A DNA stretch of 64,000 bases from a virus, in the IMG/VR virus record IMGVR_UViG_3300020413_000006, positions 11,496-75,495 of that record; one strand, written 5' to 3'. The notes under the pieces are model-generated. The model searched no databases and was not told the origin of the DNA. It saw nothing but the letters and a program-made list of their open reading frames with translations. The first letter of the stretch is position 1, and each line of letters begins with the position of its first letter. Made by a program: the position numbers and the translations under genes. This document shows, piece after piece, positions 12,101 through 23,100 of the stretch.

Positions 12101-15100
12101 GTAGAACCGCTTCCTAAGGCAGTTGTAACAGTATCAAAGAAGGTTGTAATAGAAGATATAACAGATGCACAAGAAGGAGCAGATGTAACAGTTCTAGTAG
12201 CGTGTGACATGTTATCGTTAGCGATAGCAGTATCAAGGATTGTGAAGAATCCTTCAACTAGATTTTGTTCAACACTAGTTCCTTTGAGACCAGCGTTAGT
12301 TACTTGAGTAAATCCGTGATTACCTTCAATAGTGATTGTTTCACTAGCAGCTGCCTGTTTAGCAAGTCCTTTTGCTAATTGGAATACAGCACGGGACTCT
12401 GTTTCTTCCCCGTCTAGGAAAGTAGAGTTTGTGTATAGTTGTGCGTGATCATAAACTTGCTCGTTACCACCATGGTTTAAGTTCCATACGACAGCACGTA
12501 AGAAATCACTAACGTCATCAATACAGTTCTGGTTTCCACCAGGCACATTGTGTGAAGGATTGTCTACGTTATATTGTTGAACTGATTCAAATGCAATTAA
12601 ATCTAAGTTAGCAAGTATTAGAGTTGCAGCATAACCAGATACAGATTGTGATGCAGTATCTAAAGTGAGAGTATGATAATATTGTAATTTTGTAGAATAT
12701 GGATTTCTGTATAATGGTAAATTTCTAGCTGCTTTAATACAAGCATCTTTTGCATTGTTGAATACTTCTACGTAACGATCTCTAGTTAATGAGAAACCAG
12801 GATCAATGTAGAATTTTGCTTGATCATATACTCTATCGTTACCACCCCACTTAAGGTTATGTGCTACACACTTTTGTATAAAGTCTCTGACATCATCATA
12901 ACACGCTGTACTTCCTGTAGGAATACTGTAACCACTATTGTTAGCAAGCATTTTATTGACTGACCAATCGGCAATCATATCTGCATTACCAAATAATAAC
13001 TCAGCAGCATCAGCATACTTATTATCTGTTGGTATACTATTTGGAGTTCTAAATGGTTTTTGTAAATCTGTAAATGTTCCTACTGTTCCAGACTGTCCGT
13101 TAGCAGTGTTGTTAGCAAGGTCTAAGATGAATTTTCTATCATCTACAATATCTTTAATACCATGGACACCATTGACTGTTGAGTTACCAGAACTCGCAAT
13201 AGTTACTGTTGTTAATGCTTTCTTAACTGAGTTAGTTCCAGCACTTACAAATGTGTGAGTTGTAGTGTTAGAAGATACACCAACGTTAACAGTAAATGTA
13301 TTTGTATCCTTTGCAGTTATCTTTAACCACTTATCAAATGCAGGATCTCCACCTCTAGGATATGGGTGATCAGATGCACCGCTATCTTCAGCACACTGGA
13401 ATACAAATGCACCAGCATCAAACTTAACTAAGTCTCCAACACTAAATCCGTGGTTACTTACAGTTACTACAAACACACCTGTAGCTGGTGTGTACGCTGC
13501 AAGAGTAGGAGTGTGTTGACTAAAGTTAGGATATAAATTATGACCTCTCTGACATACAACTGTTAAATCATCTCCACTAACAGACCATGATGTAATACTT
13601 CTTGCTATTGTGTCTGCGGCTTGTTGGAAGTTTGTTCCACCAATAGTAAGTGCACTACTACGAGTAGCGGATGATTCATAATAATATTTGACATATCCAA
13701 CTGCCTCCTGAGCAATAAATTCTTGGTTAATTTTAATTGCTTCAGCACCATCTTTAAAACGGTCACTTTGACTAATCTTGTTGAATCCATAAGGAGAGTT
13801 CCTTAAGGATGATAAGACATAGTTGCAAGATGATATAACTGTTTGGTCACCAGTTGGGTTAATAGAAGCACCTATCTGACTGATATTACCACGAACAACA
13901 AACTGTAGTGAGTAACCATCTGCCCTTTCTATACGGTGAGTAACATATTTTCTTCCGTTTAAATCTGTTAAGTTATCAAGGATACTAACGTTAGAACCTG
14001 ATGCAGTTGTTACGTCACTTGCAGTATCAATATTTGCTTGTTTTAGAACAAAGGTGATTGTTAGGTTAGAACTATTATATCTCGCAATACCAATACCTAG
14101 GTCAGTATTACTTGCAAGAGTTGGAGTTCCAGATCCTGTACTAAAACCATCTATAGAATATGTCTTACTAAATCTTTCATAACCAGCAGGGAAGTTAAAT
14201 GTAATACCAGCTTCTGTAAGAGTTGCCCAGTTGGAGAATAATGTAGATGTTTTTGTGTTGTCTACACTTGATACAGTAACTGTAATTAATCCACCACTGA
14301 TTGTAAATGATGAGTTTGTACCAGTACCAAAATCTATAGCACTATTCTGGAAACCATATACTTGAATCTCTTGACCAACTTCATAATCATGGAAATCTGA
14401 TGATGTACTAGAACTCTGCAGAGTGAATACAGGACCATTATATGTTGCTACAGTATTCAAAGATGTATCAATCGTAGTAATTGATAATACTTTTTCCTGT
14501 ATGTCAAATCTTTGGAATCCGTTTCCTGGTGTTGTTAGTGTTACTGTTACTGGGTTGTCAGCTCCAGAAGCATCTTTCTGTGTAGCGTCAGCAGCAGATG
14601 CAGCAAGTCTTATATAATCATCATTTTCTTTATAAACAAAATATGCAGTACCATCAACAAGTCCACCAATACCGCCCATTTTACTAGCACGATATATTAT
14701 ACCATCTCCAGTTATGAATTGATGTTTGTTAATATAGATGTTATTAACTTCTGGCATAACATTACCAGAGTCAAATGTATGGAATCTATCATCAGATGAT
14801 ACACCAGTAATATCTTTTCTACCCTGAGTTACAGATACATTAATAGCGTTGGCATAAGTGTCATATAATGCAACACTGTTAGCGTCAACACTTCTTATAT
14901 AATAGACTGTGCCATCAATTAAACCAGGTAATGCTGTAGCGTTTTCGTCTTTATGATATGCAACAGCTGCACCAGTTCTATATCTGTGAGCTGTTAGTGT
15001 AATTGTATCATTTGCTGTATCAATATAATTACTGCTACCACGGAAAGAAACAAATTCTCTTTCACTATCAATAGTGTGCTGATAAATTTGATTAGATATA

Positions 15101-16572
15101 ACTTCAAGTTCTGGTCTTAATGATTCAGCATCAACAACGTCAAATCTATCTGATACACTAGCATTGTTGAGGTCAGTAATTATATTTGCAGCAACATTAT
15201 CATAGAATACTTTTTCAGCGTCTTGGAATACATCATTAACACCTGAGGTAATCAATACCGTGATATCACCAGTAGAATATGGTGATGCAATAGGACCTGT
15301 GAAGTTGACAGTCTGGATTGTACCAAGTGTACCAGATGATCCACCTTGTACGAAATCTCCAACTTCTAGAGTTGCATTACTACCTGTGTGGTTGTTAAAT
15401 GTAATCTTGAATATGTTATCACCACGGAACTTATCTCCAGCAACTGCAGGAATCTGTCTTAATTCTGGTTCATAGTATAATCTTTGCTTATCATCAAATA
15501 CAAAGGCATACTTCCATGTATGGATTACTGTACTTTGTGGGTCTGATGAGTTTTGTAGTGCGTCTCTGAATACAACACCAAAGATATATGTTTCATTAGA
15601 CGCCTTGATCATGTGACGATCCTGATTTGCAGGACGCATGATAACACGACGTAGGTTGTCACCAATTAGTGAACAGTTCCTAGGAAGTGAAATTGGGTTA
15701 TCTTCTAGATACTCACCACCAGATACGATGATAGAAACGTATTCGTCAGTTGCTGTGGGCACAGCTTTCTGTAAACCGTAAGCAATCTGTGCTGCTTTCT
15801 TAACTGTTTTTACTGGTCTTGCAGCTGAACGACCATCGTTTAAATCACTACCAATAGTTTGTGATACATATACACGACCACCAGTGTCATTAGTAGCAAC
15901 TTTATATACAAAGTCAGTGGTAGCAACCCTTCTAGACTGATCACTTAGAGGAGGTGTATCAGCAGTTGGGAAGAATGTAGTTCCAAAAGTAGGACTTGTT
16001 ACATCTGTATCTTCAAAGTTAACTAAGTTTGGAGCACGAAGATTCAACGCAGGGTTGATAATAGTACTGATATCAAGGTTTGTAACCTGTGCAGTATCAG
16101 AAATGATAGAACGAGTCGTTCTAATCTGACCTTCTACATCAAGTTCATACTGAGGATCTTGAGTATTAACACCAACACGAATGTTTTCCTGTGCGTTTTT
16201 GTTTATGAATATTGCGTCTTTCTCTAATGCACCTTGACCCACTGACATTTCAATGGATGTGTCTCCTTGTATACTTAAGGATCTTACTCTTTTATATGAT
16301 ACGCCAGCACCCGCTGTGATGATGCTTGCATTTGAACCTGTAAAACTTAAATTATCGTCATCTACTTTCGTTACTGTATACTGTCCGTCTACTTCTCCAC
16401 CAGATGTGAAGTCAAGATATAAAGTTTCTTGTCCTATAAATCCGTGAGCAACCGAAACAATATTTCCCACACCAGCCGCACTTCGACTGTATGTGGCATT
16501 CGTCCAATTTCCTGTCGCTTTTGAACCAGAGGCTTCAATCCTTTGCTGGTCTACATTAAACTTTAAACTCAT
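6193..16572 (-). CDS. Giant tail fibre/virion appendage protein (3459 aa)
   Basis: DUF1565/pectin-lyase-like motif (VYVSQTIGSDLNDG...GEYLEDNPI), HG-containing beta modules, helical 'C.DD...L..GGN' repeats, ADxLDG fibre repeats, and the C-terminal 'SGPITINSGVTVTI...WSIV' cyanophage fibre end. Confidence 0.85.
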   Translation of the reverse strand: MSLKFNVDQQRIEASGSKATGNWTNATYSRSAAGVGNIVSVAHGFIGQETLYLDFTSGGEVDGQYTVTKVDDDNLSFTGSNASIITAGAGVSYKRVRSLSIQGDTSIEMSVGQGALEKDAIFINKNAQENIRVGVNTQDPQYELDVEGQIRTTRSIISDTAQVTNLDISTIINPALNLRAPNLVNFEDTDVTSPTFGTTFFPTADTPPLSDQSRRVATTDFVYKVATNDTGGRVYVSQTIGSDLNDGRSAARPVKTVKKAAQIAYGLQKAVPTATDEYVSIIVSGGEYLEDNPISLPRNCSLIGDNLRRVIMRPANQDRHMIKASNETYIFGVVFRDALQNSSDPQSTVIHTWKYAFVFDDKQRLYYEPELRQIPAVAGDKFRGDNIFKITFNNHTGSNATLEVGDFVQGGSSGTLGTIQTVNFTGPIASPYSTGDITVLITSGVNDVFQDAEKVFYDNVAANIITDLNNASVSDRFDVVDAESLRPELEVISNQIYQHTIDSEREFVSFRGSSNYIDTANDTITLTAHRYRTGAAVAYHKDENATALPGLIDGTVYYIRSVDANSVALYDTYANAINVSVTQGRKDITGVSSDDRFHTFDSGNVMPEVNNIYINKHQFITGDGIIYRASKMGGIGGLVDGTAYFVYKENDDYIRLAASAADATQKDASGADNPVTVTLTTPGNGFQRFDIQEKVLSITTIDTSLNTVATYNGPVFTLQSSSTSSDFHDYEVGQEIQVYGFQNSAIDFGTGTNSSFTISGGLITVTVSSVDNTKTSTLFSNWATLTEAGITFNFPAGYERFSKTYSIDGFSTGSGTPTLASNTDLGIGIARYNSSNLTITFVLKQANIDTASDVTTASGSNVSILDNLTDLNGRKYVTHRIERADGYSLQFVVRGNISQIGASINPTGDQTVISSCNYVLSSLRNSPYGFNKISQSDRFKDGAEAIKINQEFIAQEAVGYVKYYYESSATRSSALTIGGTNFQQAADTIARSITSWSVSGDDLTVVCQRGHNLYPNFSQHTPTLAAYTPATGVFVVTVSNHGFSVGDLVKFDAGAFVFQCAEDSGASDHPYPRGGDPAFDKWLKITAKDTNTFTVNVGVSSNTTTHTFVSAGTNSVKKALTTVTIASSGNSTVNGVHGIKDIVDDRKFILDLANNTANGQSGTVGTFTDLQKPFRTPNSIPTDNKYADAAELLFGNADMIADWSVNKMLANNSGYSIPTGSTACYDDVRDFIQKCVAHNLKWGGNDRVYDQAKFYIDPGFSLTRDRYVEVFNNAKDACIKAARNLPLYRNPYSTKLQYYHTLTLDTASQSVSGYAATLILANLDLIAFESVQQYNVDNPSHNVPGGNQNCIDDVSDFLRAVVWNLNHGGNEQVYDHAQLYTNSTFLDGEETESRAVFQLAKGLAKQAAASETITIEGNHGFTQVTNAGLKGTSVEQNLVEGFFTILDTAIANDNMSHATRTVTSAPSCASVISSITTFFDTVTTALGSGSTAGSVSSVTRTSAPGDQQCIDDVMKICRAFQYDLRYGGNSAIVEASNLYISGSAIAFLNNEVQYSRAMFAAAKELSIDAIRNNLEAGQFSQIVPVSNGSITVDSSKPECANVVSALTTNWGILDNVLSSATAYSGTVTTPDPLLQEQSNNSYNFPLGNVFLDLPVIEASPYIQNSSLISFLGGSGCEIDGAKVATPNVPRPGLKQNSQGNTVAQFDPQGKSMVANAFTIICFGGTAYNVSNDGYTQLVSVFAIFCQDGILVQSGGYASVTNSASNFGTYSLRATGFRSEPYSFDIGVIDSIVDDTDGNGTPTGRQVIQVSGTTLTNIPIEDYIIKIDGHTPTDPAVEHIILETELISGSAGTQIVAKIKTNRSMDYKNTSTNVRYQSSNDAGFVAGSQPLTTLVGLAIKFHRPSVCNSSSHTWEYSGSGNTYAALPQNGGVGLGSAYEAAEELFGQVYTSGTNEFGDFKVGNFVTIFNRTGAISFVGTVAISELTSIKIVGGDITITGFSQDDNLGGTFASDSLLPTQASVKDYISNNLGPYLNQPFSTNAVPSALVQLTSNGKINLDQIPALRPFNITSVASQAERLAIEDANAGDIAIQTTATTFNVASSSVNTGADTITITGHGTSTGDQLTYTEGSSAIGGLSTNNVYYVIKVDDNTIKLAATSSNASANSEITLTNQGSGTHQFVTAGIAISYILENDLESQFLAFTPNSAYQFTSGDIITGSSTTARGTVSSYNDGAVFNYVISNGGSGYSGNFNLTIAAPDDTSNGVQAAATCNVTSGVVTSVTITNLGKGYYSQPTVQVLTSPSGVANNAVVSAQIEGRVAIAIANNIKFDAGDFIVDQALANLATGTYSQSGTTTITFTESNHGLANGALQFFDFTTGDGPDGFYTITLLNSSQFSITSPNSATTSGNYARKRIVDLSRVVNTSAQNAGNWTQLTSTNIDASNIVAGTIDPERMAGKGTANSFTFLRGDSSWEYALQSIRPTTADAILIGGSVTDSSYIDSITITNAGTGYTDGTYQNLPMEGGNVSVTSQDVARATYVVSGGAITSAQVTDSGTGYTGTFSVTIPSELGSGSSAVLSAVKGSINRAFGNIEIDIRKGNALTASASVYGNYGVFRFRKDVANQAVANQDQGGFVIDDNGQVSIDQGPGSELNADRLDGNQGIYYQTANNIIFGTLDPARLANVTYNISISGTADTANRIFNETASLTSNPSPAQAANGVAAALRNNSATALNDGGTTHGIVTYRRQSTGTASTQLGFTDNNNLYIRGNGGINAVYSNWEKIWSSGNDGAGTGLDADKLDGSQGLWYQTGYNIGDTRGGVTSPIGDMFLPEVLGQDKMVFENFYVNDTGLKYTLYIPNFHCNSGVGGNINNGGTYTIYSDIGATNNIGSIVVDSSGGVQELTHTTGEIYSLVTGTIAFVGSNNNPNIYVFGPNPGTKWTVSSSNKISSGSSTIIGLRDNANGAKLQIGKAAVSTTPTIDFRSSGQAPNYDVQMIVSGGNGSDGNGALRFNANDLTVNGNTMWHAGNDGASSQLDAHYVDGYTQSTSATANTLARRDASGHLTVNDLTADQGTFNNTGASSLQLAGSNGVNIGKAATNVLKISGRGNSNVGSIRFGNDSNDFGWNGTYLSYNNITFRGGRLGIGETNPAARIHVDEGGNTGDGDGSASMTATGGESMLIQVDTAFTVGHTLGSLVWRTGSRRRAMITGVCENTDSDYLGLSFYTQGTDGSGDFFESMRISRSGNVGVGNFGSGTPSYKLDVKGDIRSTNTIRSTVAQGSAPISVSSTTVCPNLNADLLDGYTALALPYLGASVNTWLNDDGGQERFYFANNSHTYLRTGDNFYFRSNNNTGMGSIDGDGGYWTIYGGGDQTQSSYRMEVRGANGLNINTSSVGLSSGQRSVVLRADGDKQWIDRYGVMKRNRNSIGESTSVNSGDNCLSSGPITINSGVTVTINSGGYWSIV
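6243..6250 (-). promoter_or_regulatory. T4-type late promoter TATAAATA
   Basis: Exact TATAAATA on the minus strand about 58 nt upstream of the ATG at 6185, inside the 3' end of the upstream gene. Confidence 0.5.
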
Positions 16573-16588
16573 TTTGTTCCTATAGGAG

Positions 16589-17122
16589 TTATGATACGAC
16601 TGTTATATCTAGATTACCAACCCATTTCACTGTAGAGCTGGATGTCACACTTGATACTTGGAATGTAAAATAAGGTGCTGAACCGATTTGAATCGCTGCT
16701 GGCACTACGTTCCATGTTTCTTGACCTGGCGGATTGTTTCTTATGACTGTTTCATCAGTAACAGCTACAGTTGGAACTCCGCTAGAGTTTGTTGTAATGA
16801 TAAGATCAAATTTTGCTGCGTACACATAAGTGTTTGTGGTAGTCTCTTGTCCAAATACAGTTGCTTTTGCAAAAGAAACAGAATCATTTGCTAGTGGAGG
16901 AGTATTTGTTGTTATGGGTGTATTACCATCCAAAGATAATTGCATCGTATTATTAGATGCATCTGTCTGTCTCTTAAGAATAAAGATGTCTTTGTTTGCA
17001 TCAGTGAAGTGAGCACTGACCATATGCATCGCAGAAATATTTTTCAGAGCTCTAGAAGTATTTAATACTTCAGTTGCAGCAACTGAGTATCCCCCTATTG
17101 ATGAAAAATTCTTAATTGACAT
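16589..17122 (-). CDS. Virion structural protein (177 aa)
   Basis: Beta-rich ORF between fibre genes, preceded by TATAAATA. Confidence 0.75.
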   Translation of the reverse strand: MSIKNFSSIGGYSVAATEVLNTSRALKNISAMHMVSAHFTDANKDIFILKRQTDASNNTMQLSLDGNTPITTNTPPLANDSVSFAKATVFGQETTTNTYVYAAKFDLIITTNSSGVPTVAVTDETVIRNNPPGQETWNVVPAAIQIGSAPYFTFQVSSVTSSSTVKWVGNLDITVVS

Positions 17123-17143
17123 GGTTTACGATTACCTATGGTT

Positions 17144-17151
17144 TATTTATA
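17144..17151 (-). promoter_or_regulatory. T4-type late promoter TATAAATA
   Basis: Exact consensus about 22 nt upstream of the ATG at 17122, overlapping the stop of the upstream gene. Confidence 0.75.
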
Positions 17152-20100
17152 CCTTAACTTTTGTAGTTGTGAATCTACCAGTAAAGGATGTTGATGAACT
17201 AGCAGCACTAGATTTTGCTAGTGAGATGTTAACGTTGCTACCAGCAACAGCAATAGTTGCATCTACAAGGTCATTATCTGATGTTACTGAGTTTGTAACT
17301 GTGGCGTGTGCAGTGGTTCCTGCTGCAGCACATATAGTTGTGACTTCTAACATGTGAACTTTACCATCGTTACTTTCAATGGTAATTAATGTCTTAGCAC
17401 CCTTATATGATGTCTTATCAAATTGTGTTATCGCTGCGTTAGCAGTAAAAGATGTTAATTGTCCACCTTCTACTCTACAGTCATCTAGTTCGACAAAATC
17501 ACCTGTAGAATCAAAGACAGTTAGATATGATGTTGTTCCACCATTCCAACCTCTGTTAATTTTCCATGCACACTCAGATCCATTTGCATCTAAAGATATG
17601 AATGCTTTAGAATCTAGTCTTGTAACAAAGTCTTGTTGAATTACATCAGTACGAGCAAATGGTGATTTAGTATTTGATAGAGTTGTAACTGGGAATGTTA
17701 CATCATTTGCGGGAGTAGCACCACCAAGTAGATCACCAGTTATTGTTATAACTTCTTGAGCTTCATAGAAATCACCACCAGTTGCAATGTTTATCTGATC
17801 TATATTTCCACTACCATTAGTTGTAACATTGAATGTTGCTCCTGTACCTTCAAACTGAGCTACTGATACCACACCACTATATGATTGAGATACACCATAA
17901 GCACCAGTGCTTGCTGTCTCAGTTCCAATAGCGGATATTGTACCTTGTGTAGGAACTCCTCTAAATCTTAATCCATTAGAAATTTCAAAATCTTTCTTTG
18001 ATCTAAAGGATGCTATATTAGCACCAGAAAATGTAACTGAGAATGGGTCACCAGCTGAAGTTCCGTTAAAGATTGCTGTGCCAGGTACGTCAAATTGTTT
18101 TGCGTTCTTAAGAACAAATTTATCTTTATCAAGTGATAAACAATTAACACCAGCTGCATAGAACTCAAATGTGTCTTCATCAGAACTAGGTGATACCTCA
18201 GTTAAGATGTAAGTATCTTGGTCAACGTCACGAACACCACCAAGAGAAACAAAGTCGTTTCCATTGAAACCTTCAAACTGTAACTGTGTAGAGTTAAATC
18301 TAATTGCACCAGCTAATCTATCTGAAGTGCCAGGTCTTTGGTTTGTTGTACCAGATGGAATTACAAATGCACCTGTACTGTTTACCCAAACACTCTTACC
18401 ACCACCAGGTTTCAATACAAGACCTTGACCTTGTGTATCACTTACAGTAACTGTGTTTCCAGTTCCAGAACCTATGGTTGTAGGATTTAAAGTTATATTA
18501 TCACCAATGTAATAGTTGTAACCTCTTGTTGCTGCTGTTGGAGTTACCGATGTAATTGCACCTCCAGAAACGACAACTGTAAATGTTGCTCCAGTTCCAA
18601 GTCCAGATGTTCCAGTAGCTGTAACCGCATTGTAACTACCATCAGTATATCCAGATCCAGTTCCAGTAACAGTACATGCTACAAGTTCACCGAATGATGC
18701 AGTTCCACCAATATCAGCGTTATTGATTGTAGATCTCTTTATCTCTAATGCAGTATCAACTTTCAAATTACCTTTGATATCGGTATCACCAGTAATAGAG
18801 TCTATAGTAAACTGTGCTGTAGTACCGTCATTAACTTCAAATTGTACGTCTGTACCACCTTTAAGAATAAGATTTCCAGTTCCTTTTGGAGTAATGGTAA
18901 CAGGAATATTTGCATCTATACCAGCAGCAGTTATCTCAGCAGCATTATTAATTTGTAATCCAGATTGTACTGTACCAATGGTTGTTGTCTCAGCAGTAGG
19001 ATCAACTTTAAAGTATGGATTTGCTGCACCAAGCACAGAATCGACTATTAAATTATTTGCAGTCTCAAGTACAGTGTCACTCATCTTGATTTTCTGCACT
19101 CCTGCACCAGAGTAACTTAACTCATTAGCAGCAGATCTATAGAAACCACTTCCAGTATCCGCAGCTAGTTGAATAGCTGGGGCAGCAGCAGTTCCTGCTT
19201 GTATTTTTAATTTAGCATTATCAACAAAGTTATCTGTGCCATTAGCAACTAGGTTTCCTGTAAGTGTTGATATCCCATTAACACCAAGAGTTGTTCCTAT
19301 ACTTACTGCTGCTTGAGCTGTGATGTCTCCTCTGGTTGCTATAGTACCAGTGGTTATTGCGTCATTAGATACTGTACTGGTATTTCCAGTAGAACCCATT
19401 GTTAATATACCAGAAGCTGATATATTATACTCTGCAGATTTAAGAGCACCAGATGAAGCAATTGTTGTAACTTCACTAGTATCAATAGTTGCAGCTGTCA
19501 GTGCAAAGTTAGATCCATTATCACCCAAACCAGCAAAGTTTGTGGTGTCAAATACAACTGTTTGACCTGTAAAGAATGCGTTACCACCATCTGATAATAC
19601 AACAGAACTTGCATATCCAACTTTAGTAACAGTGAATTGGAATCCTGATCCACCACCAGCTCCAACATCAGCATCATCACAACTAAGAACATTTCCTATG
19701 TTGTAACCAGAACCTGATGATACGATATCAGTTAATGAACTAATGCTTGTATCATTAGAGTTAATAGTATATGTGAAGTTATTTGTGTTACCAATTAAAG
19801 ATGGGCTAGCAACTCTAACAACGTCTCCTGCTTTCCAACCAGTTCCTTGTCCACCTGTTGAGAATGCAACAGCAGTAACTGCACCACTAGCACCAACAGT
19901 AACATCTATCTGACCACCATCACCATAAACTCCTGCAGTTCCAGTTGTAATTGCGATGAAAGAACTCTCAGACATAGATTGTCCATGTTGAGTACAAGTA
20001 TAGAAAACTGTATTTGTGCTTGGAGTTGCGTTTTGTTTGATTACAAAATCAACAAAAGATCCAGCAGTACCAGGTGAACCATAAGTTCTAACACCAAAGT

Positions 20101-23100
20101 TTACGGTATCTGCTAATGATGTTCCATCTAATGATAATGGATGGTTAGTATTAGTGGTGTCAGACATATCAAAACGATATGTGTTACCTCTAACCATGGT
20201 TAAATTAGGTGCTTCAACTGCACCAGATCCTGTGTCTATAAAATATCTGTATGTCTCAATAGGTGCTGTATCTAAAACTCCACTACCGCCTGATGTAAAG
20301 GTTACAGTCTCACCTTGTTGGAAAGGTCCGTTAGCAATTGTTGCTAGATCATAGTAAGCAAAGTTACTGCCAGAATCAACATATGAGACAGTTGCAGTAG
20401 CACCAGAGGTTCCACCAGTTGCTGTATTACCTACGTTTACAGTTCCTGTAAATCCACCCCCCGCTACGAACTCAAATAATCCACGGTTCGCAACAGTTAC
20501 TGTGTAAGTTGCAGCAGGAGCATTTGCATATATGTCAATTTGTTGATATGAAGATTCAGTACCACCAGTACCAGCATTGCTGATAGTTCCTGTTAGTCCA
20601 GCTACAGTTAGGGTTGCAGTAGCACCAGTTCCATCTCCACCAGTTAGACTTACGTTTTGATAAGTTCCTACAGCATATCCAGAACCACCAGATAAAATAT
20701 TACCACCAAAAGGTAATACAGTAATACTTGCTTGTGCTCCAGATCCAGAACCACCATTGATTAGAACTGTTGGTGCTGATGTATATCCGTCACCTCCAGA
20801 AGTTAAAGTTAATCCTGATACTTGACCTAATTCTGTGTCTAAAATAGCAGATGCAATAGCAGTAGTTTGACTAGTTCCTACGAATGATACTAATGGAATC
20901 TCTGAGTATCCATAACCACCACCATTCAAAGTAAGACTAGCGACTTGGTAAGTCATGTTTGCAACTGACAATGTTGCTCCAGAACCAGTTGGATCGTTAG
21001 TATTTGCAGTGACAGTTAAAGTTGGTGTAGTAGTGTAGACTGCGTTTCCAGTTGTGGATACAGTTGCAACTTGAGATCCAAGATTAACAGTAAGAGATGC
21101 GTCTGTAATTCCTGCACCTGTTTCACTGATAGTAAGAGATGGTGCAGCACCAGTTACATATCCAGATCCCGCATTATTAATCGTGATTGCTGAAATTGCT
21201 CCTGCAGAAACCGTTGCAGTAGCAGTAGCAGTTATACCTTGAAAGTTGTGTAATTCATTTGGAGTTGCAGCAGCAGTCAATGATATTGGAGATCCACCAG
21301 AAGTTGCTGACAACTGGATAGTGTTGTTGACTGTATCTGCATTTACAACATAATAAGAAGTTCCATTACTCAATCCATTTAAGTCTGAGTTACCATTATT
21401 ATCATAAGTTACTTGATCACCATTATTAACCCAACTTGATGTAAATGTGATTGTATTTCCAGATGTAGATATAGCAGAGTTCGCATCAAATGCATTTGTT
21501 GGAGGAGCAGATAATGTTAGGTTAGGTGAAGTATATCCTGAACCACCACTTGTAATTGCAATCTGAGCAACTCGTGCAGCTGTGCTAAGACTAACTAAAA
21601 AACTTATACTACCACTTACAGGAGTTAAGTTTGCTGATATATCAGGAGTTTGCTGGTATAGTCCATTACCTCCACTGCTAACAGTGATGTCTCCAATAGA
21701 ACCATTGGTTGCTAGGGTTGCAGTTGCTGTGGCAACTTGATCTGGGTTTGATAGTAAAGGTGCTTGATATTGTCCTGCATCGTATCCTGTACCTTCATTA
21801 GAAATGGTAAGTCCAGTTGTAAGGTTTAATGCCTTTTTGTTGATAGCAAAATTTTTGTTGGAGAAAATACCATAAGAGGAGAAACCCGCTTGTGTGTAAG
21901 AACCAACAGTAAACGCACAAGAAGAGTTACCAGTACCGATGATAGATGCTAATCTATTAGAAGCAAAGTAAATATTTTCTGGAGCAATAACCTGACCATT
22001 CAAAGTTATGTCTTCATCTCCAGCAGGGTCGAGGATTATCTTACCTGATGTGGATGTAACACTGTTACCCGCTAGTCGTAAGTTACCTGTTTCAACGTAT
22101 GCAGGATATATGTTTGTAGTACCAGTTGAGTCACTTAAAGTAATATTGGCAGCTGACTGAGCTGAAGATGTTGCAGCAAACTGTACGTTACCAGTAGAGG
22201 CATCAACTGTAAGTGCATCACCAACTCTAAAGTCACCTTCGTGGTCTGTAGATGAATATAATACTTTACCACTATTAAGTTCTTCTACTTCATTTGCTTG
22301 AATAGCAAGTGAGGGGTCATTGGTATAGTCAGCACCAGAACCAACATAACCAAAGTTATGTCCAGAAAGAATAAGTTTTACACCAGCACCGTCTGCCTGT
22401 ACACCTTTAGTACCGTATACACATGCAGATGCAGCTGAACGTAATTCAGCACCAAACTGAGCATAGTCAGCAGTTGTTACGACAGTAGCAGAATCACCAC
22501 CGCTTGATCTGATATCTGAAGTTCCACCAGAACTGTCAGTGAATGTTGTAGTTGCATCATTACCACCACCATGTAGTAATAATACAGTAAAGAGGTCTGA
22601 TGAGAACTCTCCAGTTGTAGGTGTAAAGTTACCAGAGTATGAACCTTGTGCTTTCTTAATTCTTATTTCATCAATATTTCCTGCAAATGCTTCTGTAGGA
22701 GATGATGTGTCATAGTTAGAACCGACGACTACAGGTTTTGATGAACCATAGTCATTAGTGTCAGTGTAACTAGAACCTAATTCTGTTCCATCTAAGAATA
22801 GTCTTGTTGTTCCAGCACTTCTAGAAACAGCAACATGATACCAAGTATTGATTGCAAGAGTTCCACCAGAAATTTGAGATGAGTTACCTACTGCATAATG
22901 TAATGTAGTTCCATTCATATACACAGTGGGTGCTGTGTCCGTCGCAGAGGCGTTTCTTAGGTCAAAGATACGTTGTATACCAGAAACACTAGTAGGGCGT
23001 ATAAACGCTTCTAGAGTCCAGTTAGCAGTACCAAATCCAAAGTCACCATCAGCAGGAACTTGTAAGTTATCCTGAGTACCGTCAAATAGTATTGATCCAC

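Noticed and set aside
3691-16572. Diversity-generating retroelement or invertase shufflon acting on the fibre genes
   Set aside because: No reverse transcriptase or recombinase is present, and I saw no near-identical TR/VR pair. The repeats are old and visible only at protein level.
18051-18156. Avoidance of the PvuII site CAGCTG as support for nuclease specificity
   Set aside because: CAGCTG is present (twice in this interval alone), so avoidance is not evident. Specificity cannot be inferred without counting or assay.
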